Positions 29,585 through 40,335 of a stretch of DNA of 64,000 bases are shown here, piece by piece. The notes below the pieces were generated by a model. The model was given only the letters and a program-made list of their open reading frames with translations, had not been told where the DNA came from and did no database searches. A program made the translations under genes and the position numbers. Numbering within the stretch: the stretch's first letter is position 1; every line of letters begins with the position of its first letter. The stretch covers positions 1 to 64,000 of the forward strand of contig CAWKAR010000038.1 of NCBI GenBank assembly GCA_963847625.1. The letters run 5' to 3'. Origin of the DNA: a candidate division FCPU426 bacterium (lineage in GTDB: Bacteria > Oederibacteriota > Muellerivitia > Muellerivitales > Muellerivitaceae).

Positions 29585-31865
29585 GGGGGGATCTTTTCCG
29601 TAAAAGTTTGAAGGAAGCAAAGCCAAGAAACGTCATAAGGGCCCAAAGTAACAGGCCTATTTTAATGGGGCCCCACCAGAAAGGCTCGAATTCGAATTCC
29701 ACTTGGTGGCTTCCGGCCTTCAGGAATACTGCTCGAAGTAAATGATCCGCTGTCAGCAGGGGAGTGGATTGCCCGTCCACTTGTGCTTTCCAGCCCGGGA
29801 ACATGACCTCGGGAAAAATCACGATTCTATCTCGGCTCAATTTCATTGAAAAACTCTGTCCATCGGGTTCGTCCTGAACCATTTGGTATTGGAATAGAAC
29901 AGGGCCTGAAGATTGTAATACCGTCGAATCCCCGGCAGCCAAAGGTCCGGAAAGGATCGCCTCTTGGGTCGGGTCAAAATCGGGTTTTTGAATTACGGAC
30001 AATCGCTTAACGGGATCAGTGATCACCTGTAAATGCTTGGGAATAAAAGCGTAAGAAAGACGCCCCTGGTATTCGAAAAGGCGATAGTTTAAAAGGTTTT
30101 TCTGCTTAAAGCCGGGGATGGGGTGATCCGAGGATTTTAAAATGCCCCGAATAGCCCCGATATGAATCAGCGAATCTAACGATAGCGACATAGTGTCCAA
30201 CTTGGTTTGAAGCACGAGAGGATTGTAGCCGCCGAAATTTTTGATCTTCAGGGCGCATGAGGCGTTCTGAGGGTAATTCGTGATTAACTTTTTGCCTGAA
30301 ACCTGGATGGGATAACCCATTTCCGAATTAAAAAACATAACCCGAAATGGTTTTAATGGTTCGACCGCTTCCACTATGGATTTAGAATTTACGGCATAAT
30401 CGAAATTGGTCGCTGGTCCGGGAATAAAATTTGACCACCCATTTAGTAGCAAGGGGACAACTAAGGCTGCTGGAAAGAGAATATATCCTAATTTTTTCCA
30501 TGGGTTTCGGGTATTCCAAAGGAATAAAGCAAGAACACCAAGGACTAGACTGACAATTTCCCGCCAAGTCTGACTTGCTTTGAAAAGCGCTGCGAAGTAA
30601 AGCAGGGCCGAATAAATTAAAGAACTTTTGAGGCGCACTTTTGCTTCGGCTAAAAACAGGGTCTCCAGTCCGAATGCGGCGAGTGCTGAAGCGGCTAGAA
30701 CATATAGATAAAGGTAACGGTAAGGCACCCGAATAATGGAAAAGCCCGGCAAGACCGCACAAGTGTATCGATGAACAGGGGTGTAACGTCCGAAACAAAT
30801 AGCAAGGGACACCAAGGTAAAAATGCCCAGAAACCAAATGATTTTCTTTTCGCGCCATTGAAACGTTGATAAGGCCAAGAATGGCAACCAAACCCCCAAA
30901 TAACCCAGATTGGCGGCCAAGGAGGTGTCTTTATCAGTGTTCCCGAATTGAATGGCCTCTGCCATTGATTTATCTGTTGGCAGAGTAAACCGAGGAAACA
31001 GAAACTGGTAAAGAGTTGAAGGATTTAAGGGAAGCCTGGTGTTGGATTGCTCATAAGTTTGGTTTGGAGCACCGCGACTTGTGAGGGCTGCATATTCAAG
31101 AGAAGGAACGAGTTGGCCTACGAGAGGCAAAGCGCCCCAGAGCAATAGAAATCCAATGAGAAGATATGATTTTACAAGTTTTTTTGGAGCCTCTAGCTTC
31201 TTTTTTTTCTTCGAGATCCAAATCCAAATTCGAAAAATAGAATAAGCCAATCCTCCGTAAAAGGCGCCCAGGGTAACCTGGATGCTTCCACACAAGAAAA
31301 GCATGGCAAAGGAAAATCCAGCGTAAAAGGCGTTTTTTGGACCAAGGGTTTGGAACAAGGCTTCGAGACCAGCGAAAAACCAAGGCAACCATGCAAATGC
31401 TGCGATTACCGGAGGATGGATTAATTCCAACCAGAAAAAATTAGAAAGTGCGAAAAGAAGAGCTCCCATGCGAGAAGAGTTTTGAGTAAGGCCCAACAAT
31501 CTCAGCCAAAGGTGCATTCCAAGGGCGGCCCAAAACATATGGATTAAAAAGAAAATACTCAGGCCATAAGGAATTGAAAAGGGAAGGGTTAGCCAATTGA
31601 AGGGATAAAGCATCATATTTTGAAGGTCTGCGAAAAAGGGCTGACCACCCAATAAGTAAGGGTCCCATAAAGGGAAATGACCTTGGGCTAATTGATCCTT
31701 TAAAAACGCCCGCCAAGGACCAAATTGGGCTAATAGGTCGTTATCAAAGTAAGCTTGGCCCCAAAAAATACAACGGCCAAAGGCCAAAAGCGAAACAGCA
31801 CTATAAAGAAGTAGATCGTATTTCGAGAATAAGGATGAAAGAGAAAGTTCTTGAGGCTTACGCAT
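29577..31865 (-). CDS. YfhO-family (GT-C-like) membrane glycosyltransferase
   Basis: GHFPLWDPYLLGGQPFFAD, many TM segments, IRVPYRY, FPGWKAQVDG. Confidence 0.85.
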   Translation of the reverse strand: MRKPQELSLSSLFSKYDLLLYSAVSLLAFGRCIFWGQAYFDNDLLAQFGPWRAFLKDQLAQGHFPLWDPYLLGGQPFFADLQNMMLYPFNWLTLPFSIPYGLSIFFLIHMFWAALGMHLWLRLLGLTQNSSRMGALLFALSNFFWLELIHPPVIAAFAWLPWFFAGLEALFQTLGPKNAFYAGFSFAMLFLCGSIQVTLGAFYGGLAYSIFRIWIWISKKKKKLEAPKKLVKSYLLIGFLLLWGALPLVGQLVPSLEYAALTSRGAPNQTYEQSNTRLPLNPSTLYQFLFPRFTLPTDKSMAEAIQFGNTDKDTSLAANLGYLGVWLPFLALSTFQWREKKIIWFLGIFTLVSLAICFGRYTPVHRYTCAVLPGFSIIRVPYRYLYLYVLAASALAAFGLETLFLAEAKVRLKSSLIYSALLYFAALFKASQTWREIVSLVLGVLALFLWNTRNPWKKLGYILFPAALVVPLLLNGWSNFIPGPATNFDYAVNSKSIVEAVEPLKPFRVMFFNSEMGYPIQVSGKKLITNYPQNASCALKIKNFGGYNPLVLQTKLDTMSLSLDSLIHIGAIRGILKSSDHPIPGFKQKNLLNYRLFEYQGRLSYAFIPKHLQVITDPVKRLSVIQKPDFDPTQEAILSGPLAAGDSTVLQSSGPVLFQYQMVQDEPDGQSFSMKLSRDRIVIFPEVMFPGWKAQVDGQSTPLLTADHLLRAVFLKAGSHQVEFEFEPFWWGPIKIGLLLWALMTFLGFASFKLLRKRSPHA

Positions 31866-34164
31866 GAGCCATGGGATTGGAAGAAACCGGGTTCTTCATC
31901 AATAGATAAAGACCATAGACTAAGGCGGAGATAATCCAAAGAATAAAACCACTTAAAAGAGGTTTAAACCAGGAAGGTTCATACTTAAATTCTACATTGT
32001 GTTCACCCGAGGGGACAAAAAGGGCACGAAATGCATAATCGGCGGTAAAAAGATCGGATGACTTTCCGTCTATCCACGCACGCCAACCTGGAAAGGCGAT
32101 TTCGGAGAATACCAGCAAACTGTTGGTGTCCAAAGCAATTTTGAAAATTTGGTCATCCGGCTCATCAGTTTCCAATTGATATTTCAAATCGGCTTTTCTA
32201 TTCGGAAGTTGGGAGAGAAGGGCCGCCGGAGGGGTTTCGGAAAGAAAAGCCTCATCCGAGGGGTTAAACTGCGGATTTTTCATAGCTTCAAGTCTCTGCG
32301 AGTCGTCCGGTATAACCCGGATTCGGAAGGGTGCCTTTACGAACTCAGGCGGATGAGCGAACTCGTATAAATGAAGGGCATCAAGGCTTTGATGTTTAAA
32401 TCCTTTTTGTTCACCCGCATTTTGACCGGTCAAAATGCCGCGGATACCCATCAATTGGAGGTAGGTGTCTTGCGGTAATTTTTTTAATTCAGCCGATTTT
32501 TTTAAAAGGAGGGGATTGTATCCGGCGGTTGTACGGAACCTGAATACATCCGCGGAGTTTTCCGGCAAGTATTGATTGAACAATTTTCCATTTTCAATTG
32601 TGGGGTAAAGAATATCCTGGCCGTTCATAAAAAATCGCGAGGTGGAAAAAGCTTTGCCGAGCAAACCCAGAGAAGGAAATTTCGAATTGAAGTCAAAATT
32701 AGAAGGAGGTCCTGTGCCGAAGTCGTTCCAGGCGTTTAGTAATAAAGGAAGTATCAGGGCTGATTGGAATAAAAGCATACCAGCTTTTTTCCAGGTCGAG
32801 GTCCCGCCCCAAAGAAGAATTCCCGTGATGCCAATACCTAGTCCAAGTATTTCCCGCCAAGTTTCACTAGGCTGGACCAAGGAAACCACTCCTAAAAGAA
32901 CAGCATAACCAAACCCAATCAGCAGACGTTGCTTAGCTTTGCCCTTTTCCTCAAGGAATAATCGTTCCAGGGTTTGATAACCATATGACGCCAAAACGCA
33001 AACCGATAGCACGTAAATATCGATAAAACGGAAAGGCGCACGGCTCAGGTTGACCCCGGGAAGAATGCTACAAAGAATTCGGTGAAGGGGAAAAAACCTA
33101 CCCCAGGCTGTTAGGATCGAAAGGCCCGCGCACGCCGAGAGAAAGAACGCGAATTTCCTTTCCCGCTGTTTGAATGAAAAATAAACCAGGAAGGGAATCC
33201 AAATTCCCAAGTAGCCATAGTCGCCCATGAAATTGTTGCAATAATATTTCGTGTCTGTTATTTCCTCATTAGCCATCTCGGGTGTTTTCCCCTCGGGAAT
33301 TCCCAATGATGGAAATAAAAACTCATAAGTTGTCCTGGGTACCATGCAAAAAGTGCCGTTGAAATTATCGTAAGTCTGATCAGAAGCCCGCCGGGTGGAA
33401 TAACTCGAAAACTCATTTGCCGGGATCAAACAAGCGAATAGGGGAAGACTTCCCCAAAAACAAAAAAGCGAGATGATCGTCAACTTTTTTAGAGAAAGTC
33501 GGCTTTTCCAAAGCTGTTCCGCATTTGACCAGTGTGAAAACCTGAAGATGAAAAACAAGAGGCCGCCATAGATCGCGCTGGTGGTGATCTGGAAATTACC
33601 GCAACAAAAAATCATCGCAAAGCAAAGGCCGGCCAGAAAAGCCTGCTTGGCCCGCCAATCGCGGCTTAAATTTTCCAGACACAAGAAAAACCAGGGCAAC
33701 CAAGCCAGGGAAGAAATGATGGTCGGATGGATGATTTCCCACCAAAAGTTTCCTGAGAGGGAATAAATAATCGCGCCTATGCGGCAGGCGTTTTCCGGAA
33801 GGTGAAGTGATTTTAAAAGGAAATGCATGCCCAGAGCCGCCCAAAACATATGAAGGAAAAAAAAGACGGTAAAACCATAAGAAATGGAAAATGGAAGGGT
33901 CAGGTAGTTAAAGGGGTACAACATCATGTTTTGAAGGTCGGCGAAAAAGGGCTGGCCACCTAAAAGATAGGGATTCCAAAGTGGAAAATGTCCTTTTGCC
34001 AACTCCTCTTTTAAAAAAATCCTCCAGGGACCGAATTGGTAAAGAAGATCATTTTGAAAGTAAGACTGCCGGAATAACAAACAAGGCATGAAGGCGATGA
34101 AAGACACGGCAAAATATAAAAGAATGGAATTGGCTGTTTTTCGATTCAAAGGAATGGAGTTCAT
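31858..34164 (-). CDS. YfhO-family (GT-C-like) membrane glycosyltransferase, paralogue of the neighbouring gene
   Basis: GHFPLWNPYLLGGQPFFADLQNMMLYPFN shared with 29577. SRAPFRF, FPGWRAWIDG. Confidence 0.85.
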   Translation of the reverse strand: MNSIPLNRKTANSILLYFAVSFIAFMPCLLFRQSYFQNDLLYQFGPWRIFLKEELAKGHFPLWNPYLLGGQPFFADLQNMMLYPFNYLTLPFSISYGFTVFFFLHMFWAALGMHFLLKSLHLPENACRIGAIIYSLSGNFWWEIIHPTIISSLAWLPWFFLCLENLSRDWRAKQAFLAGLCFAMIFCCGNFQITTSAIYGGLLFFIFRFSHWSNAEQLWKSRLSLKKLTIISLFCFWGSLPLFACLIPANEFSSYSTRRASDQTYDNFNGTFCMVPRTTYEFLFPSLGIPEGKTPEMANEEITDTKYYCNNFMGDYGYLGIWIPFLVYFSFKQRERKFAFFLSACAGLSILTAWGRFFPLHRILCSILPGVNLSRAPFRFIDIYVLSVCVLASYGYQTLERLFLEEKGKAKQRLLIGFGYAVLLGVVSLVQPSETWREILGLGIGITGILLWGGTSTWKKAGMLLFQSALILPLLLNAWNDFGTGPPSNFDFNSKFPSLGLLGKAFSTSRFFMNGQDILYPTIENGKLFNQYLPENSADVFRFRTTAGYNPLLLKKSAELKKLPQDTYLQLMGIRGILTGQNAGEQKGFKHQSLDALHLYEFAHPPEFVKAPFRIRVIPDDSQRLEAMKNPQFNPSDEAFLSETPPAALLSQLPNRKADLKYQLETDEPDDQIFKIALDTNSLLVFSEIAFPGWRAWIDGKSSDLFTADYAFRALFVPSGEHNVEFKYEPSWFKPLLSGFILWIISALVYGLYLLMKNPVSSNPMAHA

Positions 34165-35198
34165 TTATTCTCGGATTCACTCGCAGAGGGGTATGGAAAA
34201 AGACTGTATTTCTTTTTTACGAACCGGGCTGAAAAAATCCTGACATCCTTGGGCCGCTGTAAGGTTTTAGAAAAAAAACCGGTCATCAATCCCAAACCAT
34301 AAAAGGAATGTCTCAATAAGATCAGCCCCGGTACTTTGAATAAATCAGTCCAATGCCGGTTCCAGGACACAGCCGAGGCGCCTGTTCCGAAGGCTAAGAG
34401 AAAAAACAATATTAACGGGATAGGCCAAATGAATATTTGAATGAATGAAAGATAGGAGTGCGGAGCTAAGCAAACGAAAAAAGGTACGAGAAAACTCAGG
34501 AGATAAAGAAGAAAAAAAGCCGGAACCAAGTGAACGACGTCGGATAAACATGGATAGATTTTCATTTGTTGCGCCCTTCCCTTGCCGTATCGGAAAGCTT
34601 GATGACAAAAGGCCGGAAGTGTTTTTCTACGGGACCTGTAAATAGCTCCGCCGGGATCGTACACCAAGCGGTAACCGGAATGAAGCAACCGGTTTAAGAA
34701 TTCATTCTCTTCATTGGGATAAAGGTCCGCGCGGAATCCCTTTTCCGCGAGGAATACCTTTCGCCGGACCATCATATTGCAGAGAATCAGATCTTTTTCG
34801 GTTGCTTCCTTGACTGATCCCTTGGAAGTGTAACGATTGCGCACGCTGAAACTTCCCAACCAGGAGGCGATAACGGCGTCTACTGTCCGTTCAAAAGAAG
34901 AGGCGTTGGGAGGAAGAAGATTGGGGCCGCCGGCTACTGCGGTGCGGGTTTCCTCGAAATGCGAAAGAAGTTCTCGCGTAGTTCCGGGAATGACAAAACT
35001 GTCGTCATCCAGGAAGTAAACTACTTCCGATGTGCATTGTTCGACACCCAAGTTCCTTTGGAACGAAGGATTTTTTCCAACGCAGGCGAAGATCTCCGCG
35101 GGCCGTTCCTGAGGAGGCAGCCCTGCAAGTCCACTCAAGACCGGAAGATCCTTATCCGTACGATCCAGAGCGATAACCACACTGTAGGAAATTGTCAT
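34161..35198 (-). CDS. GT2 glycosyltransferase with C-terminal TM helices
   Basis: QRNLG, FLDDDS, AVAGGP, YPNEENEF, QAFRYGKGR. Confidence 0.85.
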   Translation of the reverse strand: MTISYSVVIALDRTDKDLPVLSGLAGLPPQERPAEIFACVGKNPSFQRNLGVEQCTSEVVYFLDDDSFVIPGTTRELLSHFEETRTAVAGGPNLLPPNASSFERTVDAVIASWLGSFSVRNRYTSKGSVKEATEKDLILCNMMVRRKVFLAEKGFRADLYPNEENEFLNRLLHSGYRLVYDPGGAIYRSRRKTLPAFCHQAFRYGKGRAQQMKIYPCLSDVVHLVPAFFLLYLLSFLVPFFVCLAPHSYLSFIQIFIWPIPLILFFLLAFGTGASAVSWNRHWTDLFKVPGLILLRHSFYGLGLMTGFFSKTLQRPKDVRIFSARFVKKKYSLFPYPSASESENK

Positions 35199-36157
35199 GA
35201 CTTATCACCTATGGAAGAACTGAGCTTCATAGCAAATGGAATCCCGAGCAGGGAGGTGCAAAGGGGCCCCGCCAGCACCAACATAAATGAAAAGGAAAAA
35301 AGGCCCGAATTGGGGATTTGAGCCGATGAGAAAAAGAGTAACAGTGACGCTTCTCGTGTACCAAAGCCGAGAAGGGTGATAGGTATAAATTCTATCATAA
35401 TGACTATGGGGAGGTGCAAGGCGATGAACGTAAAAGAGAGGGGCAATCCTAAAGCCCGAGCGGAGAAATAGGCCCGGATCAGGACCGCAAACCAAGCCAT
35501 GAGGGAAAAGAAGAAAGGCAAGGGAATACGAGGAAGTTGGAACAAACCCAAAAGGTCCTGGTAAAATTCGCGGCCATGGGCCCTCACCTTCTCGGCCAGC
35601 CGTTGAGGCGCAAGGTAAAGAAGCAACGGTTTCAGGAAATAACCCATCCACCTGGGATTGAGGAAAAGCATCATCAAGAGGATTCCCAATGCAATGCCAA
35701 GCAAGGCGGCCTCGGCCGGGGCTTGATGCTGGTTTTGCAGGATGAGGGATATGAGGCCCATAGCTGTCAAGAGACCCAAGACCACTATATCGAAGATTTT
35801 GTCTGCTACATGAACAGCGAACGCTGAGTGCGGCCGCAAAGAACCCCAACGGATAATACCCAATACCCTTATGATATCCCCCAGTTTTGCAGGGGTGAGG
35901 GCTGAAAGGGGTTGGCCCGCGAGATAAAGCCATATTGCGTTCTTGACGGAAAGGCGTGAGTGGAAAGACCTGGACATAGCTGCAATACGAAAACCCTTGA
36001 AAATGATTTCAGGCAAAAGAAAAAAGAAGGATGCGATCACCCAGATTGGATTTGCGGATATCAAAAGGCGTGCCGTCGCGGAAACGTCCACCATTCTTAA
36101 AAGGAGAATAAAAAGGACTAAACCCAGTAAAAATGCGTAGGAACTCAGACGTCGCAT
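35195..36157 (-). CDS. LPG-synthase-TM / UPF0104 flippase-like membrane protein
   Basis: TPAKLGDIIR, DKIFD, IPITLLGFGTRE. Confidence 0.8.
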   Translation of the reverse strand: MRRLSSYAFLLGLVLFILLLRMVDVSATARLLISANPIWVIASFFFLLPEIIFKGFRIAAMSRSFHSRLSVKNAIWLYLAGQPLSALTPAKLGDIIRVLGIIRWGSLRPHSAFAVHVADKIFDIVVLGLLTAMGLISLILQNQHQAPAEAALLGIALGILLMMLFLNPRWMGYFLKPLLLYLAPQRLAEKVRAHGREFYQDLLGLFQLPRIPLPFFFSLMAWFAVLIRAYFSARALGLPLSFTFIALHLPIVIMIEFIPITLLGFGTREASLLLFFSSAQIPNSGLFSFSFMLVLAGPLCTSLLGIPFAMKLSSSIGDKS

Positions 36158-36428
36158 GGAGTTATAAATTCTTTTTTGGGTTATTCATAATTTATCGATC
36201 CCATTTTTTACCAACAAATCGACTGATTGTGCGTTTTTTTCCCCGCTCTGTCTACATCTTTGAAAATAACGGCGGAAAACCTTTATATACGCTGAAAATG
36301 GAAAATGTTTTTCCACTTCTGAAGATACCAGATACTGGTTGTAAGACGAGTAAAATGTTATCTTGTTCGCTCTTTGGGGTGGCATTTGGCGGCTAAATCA
36401 ATTTCTTCCCTTCATTTTAGGAGAGTCT

Positions 36429-37433
36429 ATGGCAAAAATTAATAGGAAAACCTCAAAAAGAGTCAAACGGTCCAATAAAAAAACTTCAAAAAAAAGGAGG
36501 ACTCGCCCCAACTGGGCCTGGATGATTATTTTTGGGATCGGAGTGATTCTTTTAGCTGATTTCGGGATTTATTTTAAAAAACAATTCTCAGTTCCGTTGA
36601 ATTATTACGTACGGCCTGTGATGAGTTTTAAAGGCGAAAACCAAACCTGCGGCGTCTTCTCCCCTTGGGATATTAAGTCGGGTAAGGATTGGATCGCCTT
36701 GAGCGATCAGGGACATAATCGGATCCTTTTATTCGACCGCCAAGGGGTTTTAAAGAATGAAATTACTGAAAAACAAGCAGGACCTCCGAAATTCAAGGAA
36801 ATATCCTGCCTGACATCCGATCCTCAAAACCATATCTATGTGATCGATACGTGGAATGGACTGATTCGCGGTTTCGACTTGGCTGGGAAACCCATACTGA
36901 AAGTGGATCTATCGAATAAGGGATTTTTCGGGGCGAGGGGTCTGACTTGGAATAATGGATCGTTCATTGTGGCTGATACCGGCAGTCATCGGTTGGTAAA
37001 AGTCTCTTCTCAAGGCGACATTATCAGTCAATGGGGTGAAAAAGGAAATTCCAAGGGGATGTTTTTTAATCCCACAGCGGTGGTGAGCGACCAAAAAGGA
37101 TTTTTATATGCCGCCGATTTAGACAATCATCGCGTCCAGTGCCTGGATAACAACGGAAGTTTTATCCGCGCCTATGATGTCGGTTCGAAAGTATATGGAG
37201 TGTCGCTTGATCCCCAAGGCCGCGTTTACGCGACGGCTCTGGATGATAATTACGTAAAAGTTTTTGAGAACAATGGCAAGTATCTTGGAAAAATAACGGA
37301 TATTAACCGTAAACAAGAACCGATGATGGATCTGTCGGCCCTGACCGTCGCTGAAAATGGTGACATCATCGCGTGCCTTCATAATAATGAGGTGGTCATC
37401 TTACGTCCTGTCCCTTCAAATCAGGTGAAATAG
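36429..37433 (+). CDS. Membrane-anchored NHL-repeat beta-propeller protein
   Basis: Basic N-terminus, one TM. SDQGHNRI, VADTGSHRL, WGEKGNSKGMFFNP, AADLDNHRVQ. Confidence 0.85.
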   Translation: MAKINRKTSKRVKRSNKKTSKKRRTRPNWAWMIIFGIGVILLADFGIYFKKQFSVPLNYYVRPVMSFKGENQTCGVFSPWDIKSGKDWIALSDQGHNRILLFDRQGVLKNEITEKQAGPPKFKEISCLTSDPQNHIYVIDTWNGLIRGFDLAGKPILKVDLSNKGFFGARGLTWNNGSFIVADTGSHRLVKVSSQGDIISQWGEKGNSKGMFFNPTAVVSDQKGFLYAADLDNHRVQCLDNNGSFIRAYDVGSKVYGVSLDPQGRVYATALDDNYVKVFENNGKYLGKITDINRKQEPMMDLSALTVAENGDIIACLHNNEVVILRPVPSNQVK

Positions 37434-37606
37434 GGGTACCATTCCCATTAAAACACGGATGAAAGTTCAAGGTTTAGGTCATAATCCGAAAGCGGCATAG
37501 CTAAAAACCCGCTAGAAATACACTTCAACATTTATTCACAGCAGGGCTGTAAAGAGATAGTTTTTTCCCCAATTGCGGCATTATTCGACGGAAGGACATC
37601 ATCTCG

Positions 37607-38392
37607 TTGAAAACAAGGGCGGATTTTTTCAAGTATTACCTGTCTTGCCGATCAGTCGCCAATTCTTTTTGGCGTTCTTTTGAATGCGAAAAATTTTCCG
37701 GAAAAAAATTATTAATGCCCGTTTTGGACGCTGGCTGCGGAGACGGCTTTTTTGTCCGCGCGACGTTCGGAAGTGCTTTGGATGAGGGCGTTGATTTGGA
37801 TGAAGGGGAATTAAAGCAGGCGAGAAAAAGCGGCTGTTACCGGGATACCCATCACGCTAACATTTTAAAAATGCCTTTTCCTAATAGTAAATTCAGAACG
37901 GTCATCAGCAATTGCGTTTTAGAGCATGTGATGGATATCGATTCGGCGCTCCGGGAAATCGCCCGGGTTTTAAAACCCGGCGGCCGGCTCCTGATGACCG
38001 CCCCCAGCGAATGTTTCAACACTTGCTCGATATTTCAAAAATGGTTAAATCATCTCCGCTTAAATTTCCTCGCGCGAAAGTATATTGAAAGCTTGAACAA
38101 GGTGTTCAAGCATTCCCATGTGGATAACGCCGAGACTTGGGAAAAAAGATTTAAAAAGGCAGGTTTCCGGATAGAAAAAACAGAATATTTCGTTTCGATA
38201 CCGGCATACCATGCCTACGAAATTTGGCTGATCACTGCGTTGCCTTCGAAATTATGGAAAGTCCTTTTCGGGCGGTGGACACTTTTTCCCAGATTTTGGA
38301 TTCAATGGATTATTCCCTTATTAATGCGGAGGGTTCTATGGTCGGAAACCGAGAAAGGCGCGGCATATTTCTTTACCGCGAGGAAGAACTAG
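37607..38392 (+). CDS. Class I SAM-dependent methyltransferase
   Basis: VLDAGCGDG, SNCVLEHV, RVLKPGG. Confidence 0.88.
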   Translation: MKTRADFFKYYLSCRSVANSFWRSFECEKFSGKKLLMPVLDAGCGDGFFVRATFGSALDEGVDLDEGELKQARKSGCYRDTHHANILKMPFPNSKFRTVISNCVLEHVMDIDSALREIARVLKPGGRLLMTAPSECFNTCSIFQKWLNHLRLNFLARKYIESLNKVFKHSHVDNAETWEKRFKKAGFRIEKTEYFVSIPAYHAYEIWLITALPSKLWKVLFGRWTLFPRFWIQWIIPLLMRRVLWSETEKGAAYFFTARKN

Positions 38393-38398
38393 AAAAAA

Positions 38399-39472
38399 AT
38401 GCCTGAGCATTCAGTCGTGAAGCGTTGGCGGCACTCGGCGTTTTTAGTGTTTCTGTTAGGAGGAATTTCAGGCGCCCTACTGAACTTTTGCCTCACCTTG
38501 GCATTTTATAAAATATTTTCATGGAAACCCGGATGGGCTTTTTTTACCGGCACTATGTTAAACCAAGCTTTTCATTACATTTATTACAACGTGGTTTACG
38601 TGAATCGTGAAATCCAATTGAAGACTTCCCCCATCCTTCATGTTCTGATGAGCGTTTGCGTTTCAGCCGGCAGTGCCTTGTTACTGGTTTTTTTCATTCG
38701 TTTGGGTTGGGAACCGCCCTGGGCAATAGCTGTTTGCCTTTTCATTCTCGCGCTTTTAAATTCCTTATTGAACCGCATCTCCACTTTCAGCTCCGCGAAA
38801 ATGGCGGAAATGGAATACAGGGAGATGAACGAAAGTTATTACGAGGATTTCACGGACGAGAAAAAAGTAAGCCGGTTCAGGGCTTGGTACCACCGGTCCC
38901 GTCATGAGCGGCTGACCCGGTTTGTATCGCGGCATTTTAAGAAAGGCATGGAACTTGCCGACTTGGGTTGCGGCAATTGCCTGTGGAATGTGGATGGATT
39001 GCCGGTTTTTGGAGTGGATATCAACGCGCAAATGCTCCAATGGGCGAAAAAGAAAAAAAGGCTCAAGGCGTTCAAGGTTTGCGATGACCTGGCGAGAACT
39101 GGGTTACCCTCCAAAAAGTTTGACATGGTGTTGATATCCGAAACCCTGGAACATGTTTTTGATTTGGACGAAGTCCTAACTGAAGTCAGACGCATCCTGA
39201 AGGATGACGGAACCTTCTTACTGACAGTACCCTATGATTATTTTTTGGGTCCCTTTTTCATCCTTTTCAACTTGAATTGCCTGTACATGGGATATCTCCG
39301 GGGAAGCCGGTATCACAAGTACCGTTGCGGGCATATCCATCATTTTACGAAAAGCCGCTTGAGGAAAGCCCTTGAAACAACCGGATTTAAATTGACAGAT
39401 GTTTTTGTGGTCAATGGATTGTTGCTTTACGGCACTGCGAAAAAAGGGGATTTTATTGGAAATAAAACCTAA
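38399..39472 (+). CDS. GtrA-like 4-TM domain fused to a class I methyltransferase
   Basis: Four hydrophobic segments starting FLLGGISGALLNF, then LADLGCGN, SETLEHV, RRILKDDG. Confidence 0.7.
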   Translation: MPEHSVVKRWRHSAFLVFLLGGISGALLNFCLTLAFYKIFSWKPGWAFFTGTMLNQAFHYIYYNVVYVNREIQLKTSPILHVLMSVCVSAGSALLLVFFIRLGWEPPWAIAVCLFILALLNSLLNRISTFSSAKMAEMEYREMNESYYEDFTDEKKVSRFRAWYHRSRHERLTRFVSRHFKKGMELADLGCGNCLWNVDGLPVFGVDINAQMLQWAKKKKRLKAFKVCDDLARTGLPSKKFDMVLISETLEHVFDLDEVLTEVRRILKDDGTFLLTVPYDYFLGPFFILFNLNCLYMGYLRGSRYHKYRCGHIHHFTKSRLRKALETTGFKLTDVFVVNGLLLYGTAKKGDFIGNKT

Positions 39473-39602
39473 CAGGGTGCTGAAAAAATCCCCAAAACGG
39501 ACTTTTTCAGCTGACGACATTAGCGGAAACCCCGCGATTCCTGCGGAATCTTTGGGGTCGCAGGCTGCTTTGTGGGCCTATTTTTACTTTTTCAGCAGCC
39601 TG
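39473..39602. mobile_element. 130-bp MITE (IS5/IS1182-like ends)
   Basis: TIRs CAGGGTGCTGAAAAA / TTTTTCAGCAGCCTG. CTAA direct repeats at 39469-39472 and 39603-39606. Confidence 0.7.
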
Positions 39603-39666
39603 CTAAAGTTCAGTTAAGGCTTATCGAAACTTCCTCATCCAATGCCTTAAGCCGGAAATAGCGCTG

Positions 39667-40335
39667 TTAACCCCCGGCTTCCAAACGGTATTTCGCGAAA
39701 GCCGCCTGTGCTTCCAAGTTGGATGCATCCCGGAGATCCTGCCATCTTTGCAAATGATCGGGGTAATCCAGGTCCCGAAGGGTCATCTCCGTGAGACCAT
39801 CGTTAAACTGCCATTCCTTATAATGCACTTGGGGACCCAAGGGTTGCTTATCCTGTGAGGGAGTCTTGTCCCAGCGGCGGTACTGATGTTGCCACACTTC
39901 CAATGGGATGGGTTTCGCGCCCTCGCCTTCCCAACTAGCGGAAAGGAAATAAAGCTGTTTTTTGAAAAAAAGAAGGTCCAAGCTGGAGGCGCCTGTCAGG
40001 CCGCAAGCAGCGTCAAGTGTGGCGATTTTAAAAAGGGGATCATCGTTAAAGGACCGGATTTTCTTTTTGAGTTCCGGATATTTCTGGAGTAGTTGGTCCC
40101 AGGTCATCCCCATCGAGATATTTAAAACCTGACGGGGCAGGGGAATCTTGGGCCCGGCAAACAGGTCCTTGAAAACCCCCGAAGTCCACAGGATGCCAAA
40201 CAAGAGAAGAGTGAAAAGAAGTCCAACGGCAAGCCATACTTTCCAACGGGGTGTTGGAATGCCATGAGAAACAAGTAATTTGGCTTTTGACTCCCTTTTT
40301 TTATAAGCGGCTGGTTGCTGTTTGAGGCGTGGCAT
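39667..40335 (-). CDS. Hypothetical single-TM protein
   Basis: 222-aa ORF coupled to the upstream gene. One TM (WLAVGLLFTLLLFGILW). Confidence 0.65.
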   Translation of the reverse strand: MPRLKQQPAAYKKRESKAKLLVSHGIPTPRWKVWLAVGLLFTLLLFGILWTSGVFKDLFAGPKIPLPRQVLNISMGMTWDQLLQKYPELKKKIRSFNDDPLFKIATLDAACGLTGASSLDLLFFKKQLYFLSASWEGEGAKPIPLEVWQHQYRRWDKTPSQDKQPLGPQVHYKEWQFNDGLTEMTLRDLDYPDHLQRWQDLRDASNLEAQAAFAKYRLEAGG

